A stretch of 60,220 bases of DNA, counting the filler, from Nemertoderma westbladi (taxonomy: Eukaryota; Animalia; Xenacoelomorpha), in assembly GCA_032718475.1 (NCBI GenBank). It is 3 parts of 3 records of this genome, joined end to end, with 100 filler letters (N's around TTAATTAATTAA, not from the genome) between each part and the next. Parts side by side here need not be neighbours in the genome. Positions count along the whole stretch, not along the records: positions 38,259 to 60,220 come from JAUCBJ010005231.1; 2 more parts are not named here. One strand, written 5' to 3'. The translations under genes and the position numbers were made by a program. This document shows, piece after piece, positions 59,008 through 60,220 of this stretch (within the stretch, counting starts at the first letter, position 1; each line of letters opens with the position of its first letter). Below the pieces are notes generated by a model, which saw nothing but the letters and a program-made list of their open reading frames with translations, did not search any database and had not been told where the DNA came from.

Positions 59008-60220
59008 GGTATCAGCCCCCTGCCCCCCTAAGTATCAACCACTTGCCCCCCTCTAAGTATCAGCCCCCTGCCCTCTAAGTATCAGCCCCCAGCCCCCCTA
59101 AGTATCAGCCCCCAGCCCCCCTAAGTATCAGCCACTTGCCCCTCTCAGTATCAGCCCCCTGCCCCCCTAAGTATCAACCACTTGCCCCCCTCTAAGTATC
59201 AGCCCCCCTCTAAGTATCAGCCCCCGCCCACTGCCTCCCGTAAGTATCAGCCTCCCTGCGCCCCACTAAGTATCAGCCCCCTGCCCCACTAAGAATCAGC
59301 CCCCTGCCCCCTAAGTATCAGCCCCCTGCCAACTAATTATCTGCCCACTGCCTCCCATAAGTATCAGCCTCGCCTCCCTGCCTCCCCTAAGAATCAGCCC
59401 CCTGCCCCCTAAGTATCAGCCCCCTGCCAACTAATTATCTGCCCACTGCCTCCCATAAGTATCAGCCTCGCCTCCCTGCCTCCCCTAAGTATCAGCCCCC
59501 TGCCCTCCTAAGTATCAGCCCCCTGGGCCACTAAGTATCAGCCCCCTGCCCCCTAATTATCTGCCCACTGCCTCCCCTAAGCATCAGCCCCCTGCCCCCC
59601 TAAGTATCAACCCCCTGCCCCCCTAAGTATCAGCCTCCTGCCCCCTAAAGTATCAGCCCCCTGCCCCCTAGTATCAACCCCCTGCCCCCTCCTAAGTATC
59701 AGCCCCCTGCCCCACTAAGTATCAGCCCCCTTCCCCCAAAGTATCAGCCCCTGGCCCCTAAGTGTCAGCCCCCTGCCCCTTTAAGTATCAACCCCCTGCC
59801 CCCTAAGTACCTGCCCACTGCCCCTCTAAGTATCAGCCTCCCCTATAAGTATCAGCCCCCCTCCCCTAAGTATCAGCCCCCTGCCCCCTAAGTATCAGCC
59901 ACCCCCCCTAAGTATCAGCCCCATCCCCTAAGTATCAGCCCCCTGCCACACCTCAGTGTCAGCCCCCTGCCCCTCTAAGTATCAACCCCCTAAGTATCTG
60001 CCCACTGCCCCTCTAAGTATCAGCCTCCCTGCTCCCCTTAGTATCACCCCCTACCTCCAGCCCCCTAAGATCAGCCCCCTGCCCCTTAAGTATCATCCCC
60101 CTGCCCCATAAGTATCAGCCTCCCTGCCCCTCTAAGTATCATCCCTCTGCCCCCTAAGTATCAGCCCCCCCCTAAGTATAAGCCCCCCTCCCCTAAGTAT
60201 CAGCCCCCTGCCCCCTAAGT
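59008..60220. repeat. C-rich ~21-22 bp degenerate minisatellite (intronic, runs off window)
   Basis: TAAGTATCAGCCCCCTGCCCCC units. Confidence 0.96.

Overview
AT-rich, repeat-dense eukaryotic (invertebrate animal-like) genomic DNA made of three segments joined by two 100-bp N spacers that carry a TTAATTAATTAA linker (18920-19019, 38159-38258), so adjacency across them is unproven. Host genes: RBBP9 (-), NUDT9 (+, 2 coding exons), ANKRD29 (-, 2 coding exons), a PDZ-ZM-LIM (PDLIM/Zasp) gene cut by the second gap, GTF2H1, UNC-45, a PPC/DUF296 protein and the last two exons of RNF38/44. Several have no coding introns. Mobile DNA: one RTE LINE with an intact EN+RT ORF, RTE/CRE/other RT fragments, SINE remnants, many MITEs, Helitron-like ends and minisatellites. 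Three structures stand out. (1) A 640-bp TSD-flanked non-coding insertion with a tRNA-type Pol III promoter fused to a minimal hammerhead ribozyme, plus an inverted second hammerhead (38549-39188). (2) The first PDLIM intron is itself a TIR element with a 9-bp TSD whose TIRs supply both splice sites, i.e. an introner-like intron gain (35771-36615). (3) A TSD-flanked retro-insertion in the NUDT9 intron that joins a CRE retrotransposon 3' end to the last exon of a GPCR (3' transduction). All calls were made by eye, without database searches.
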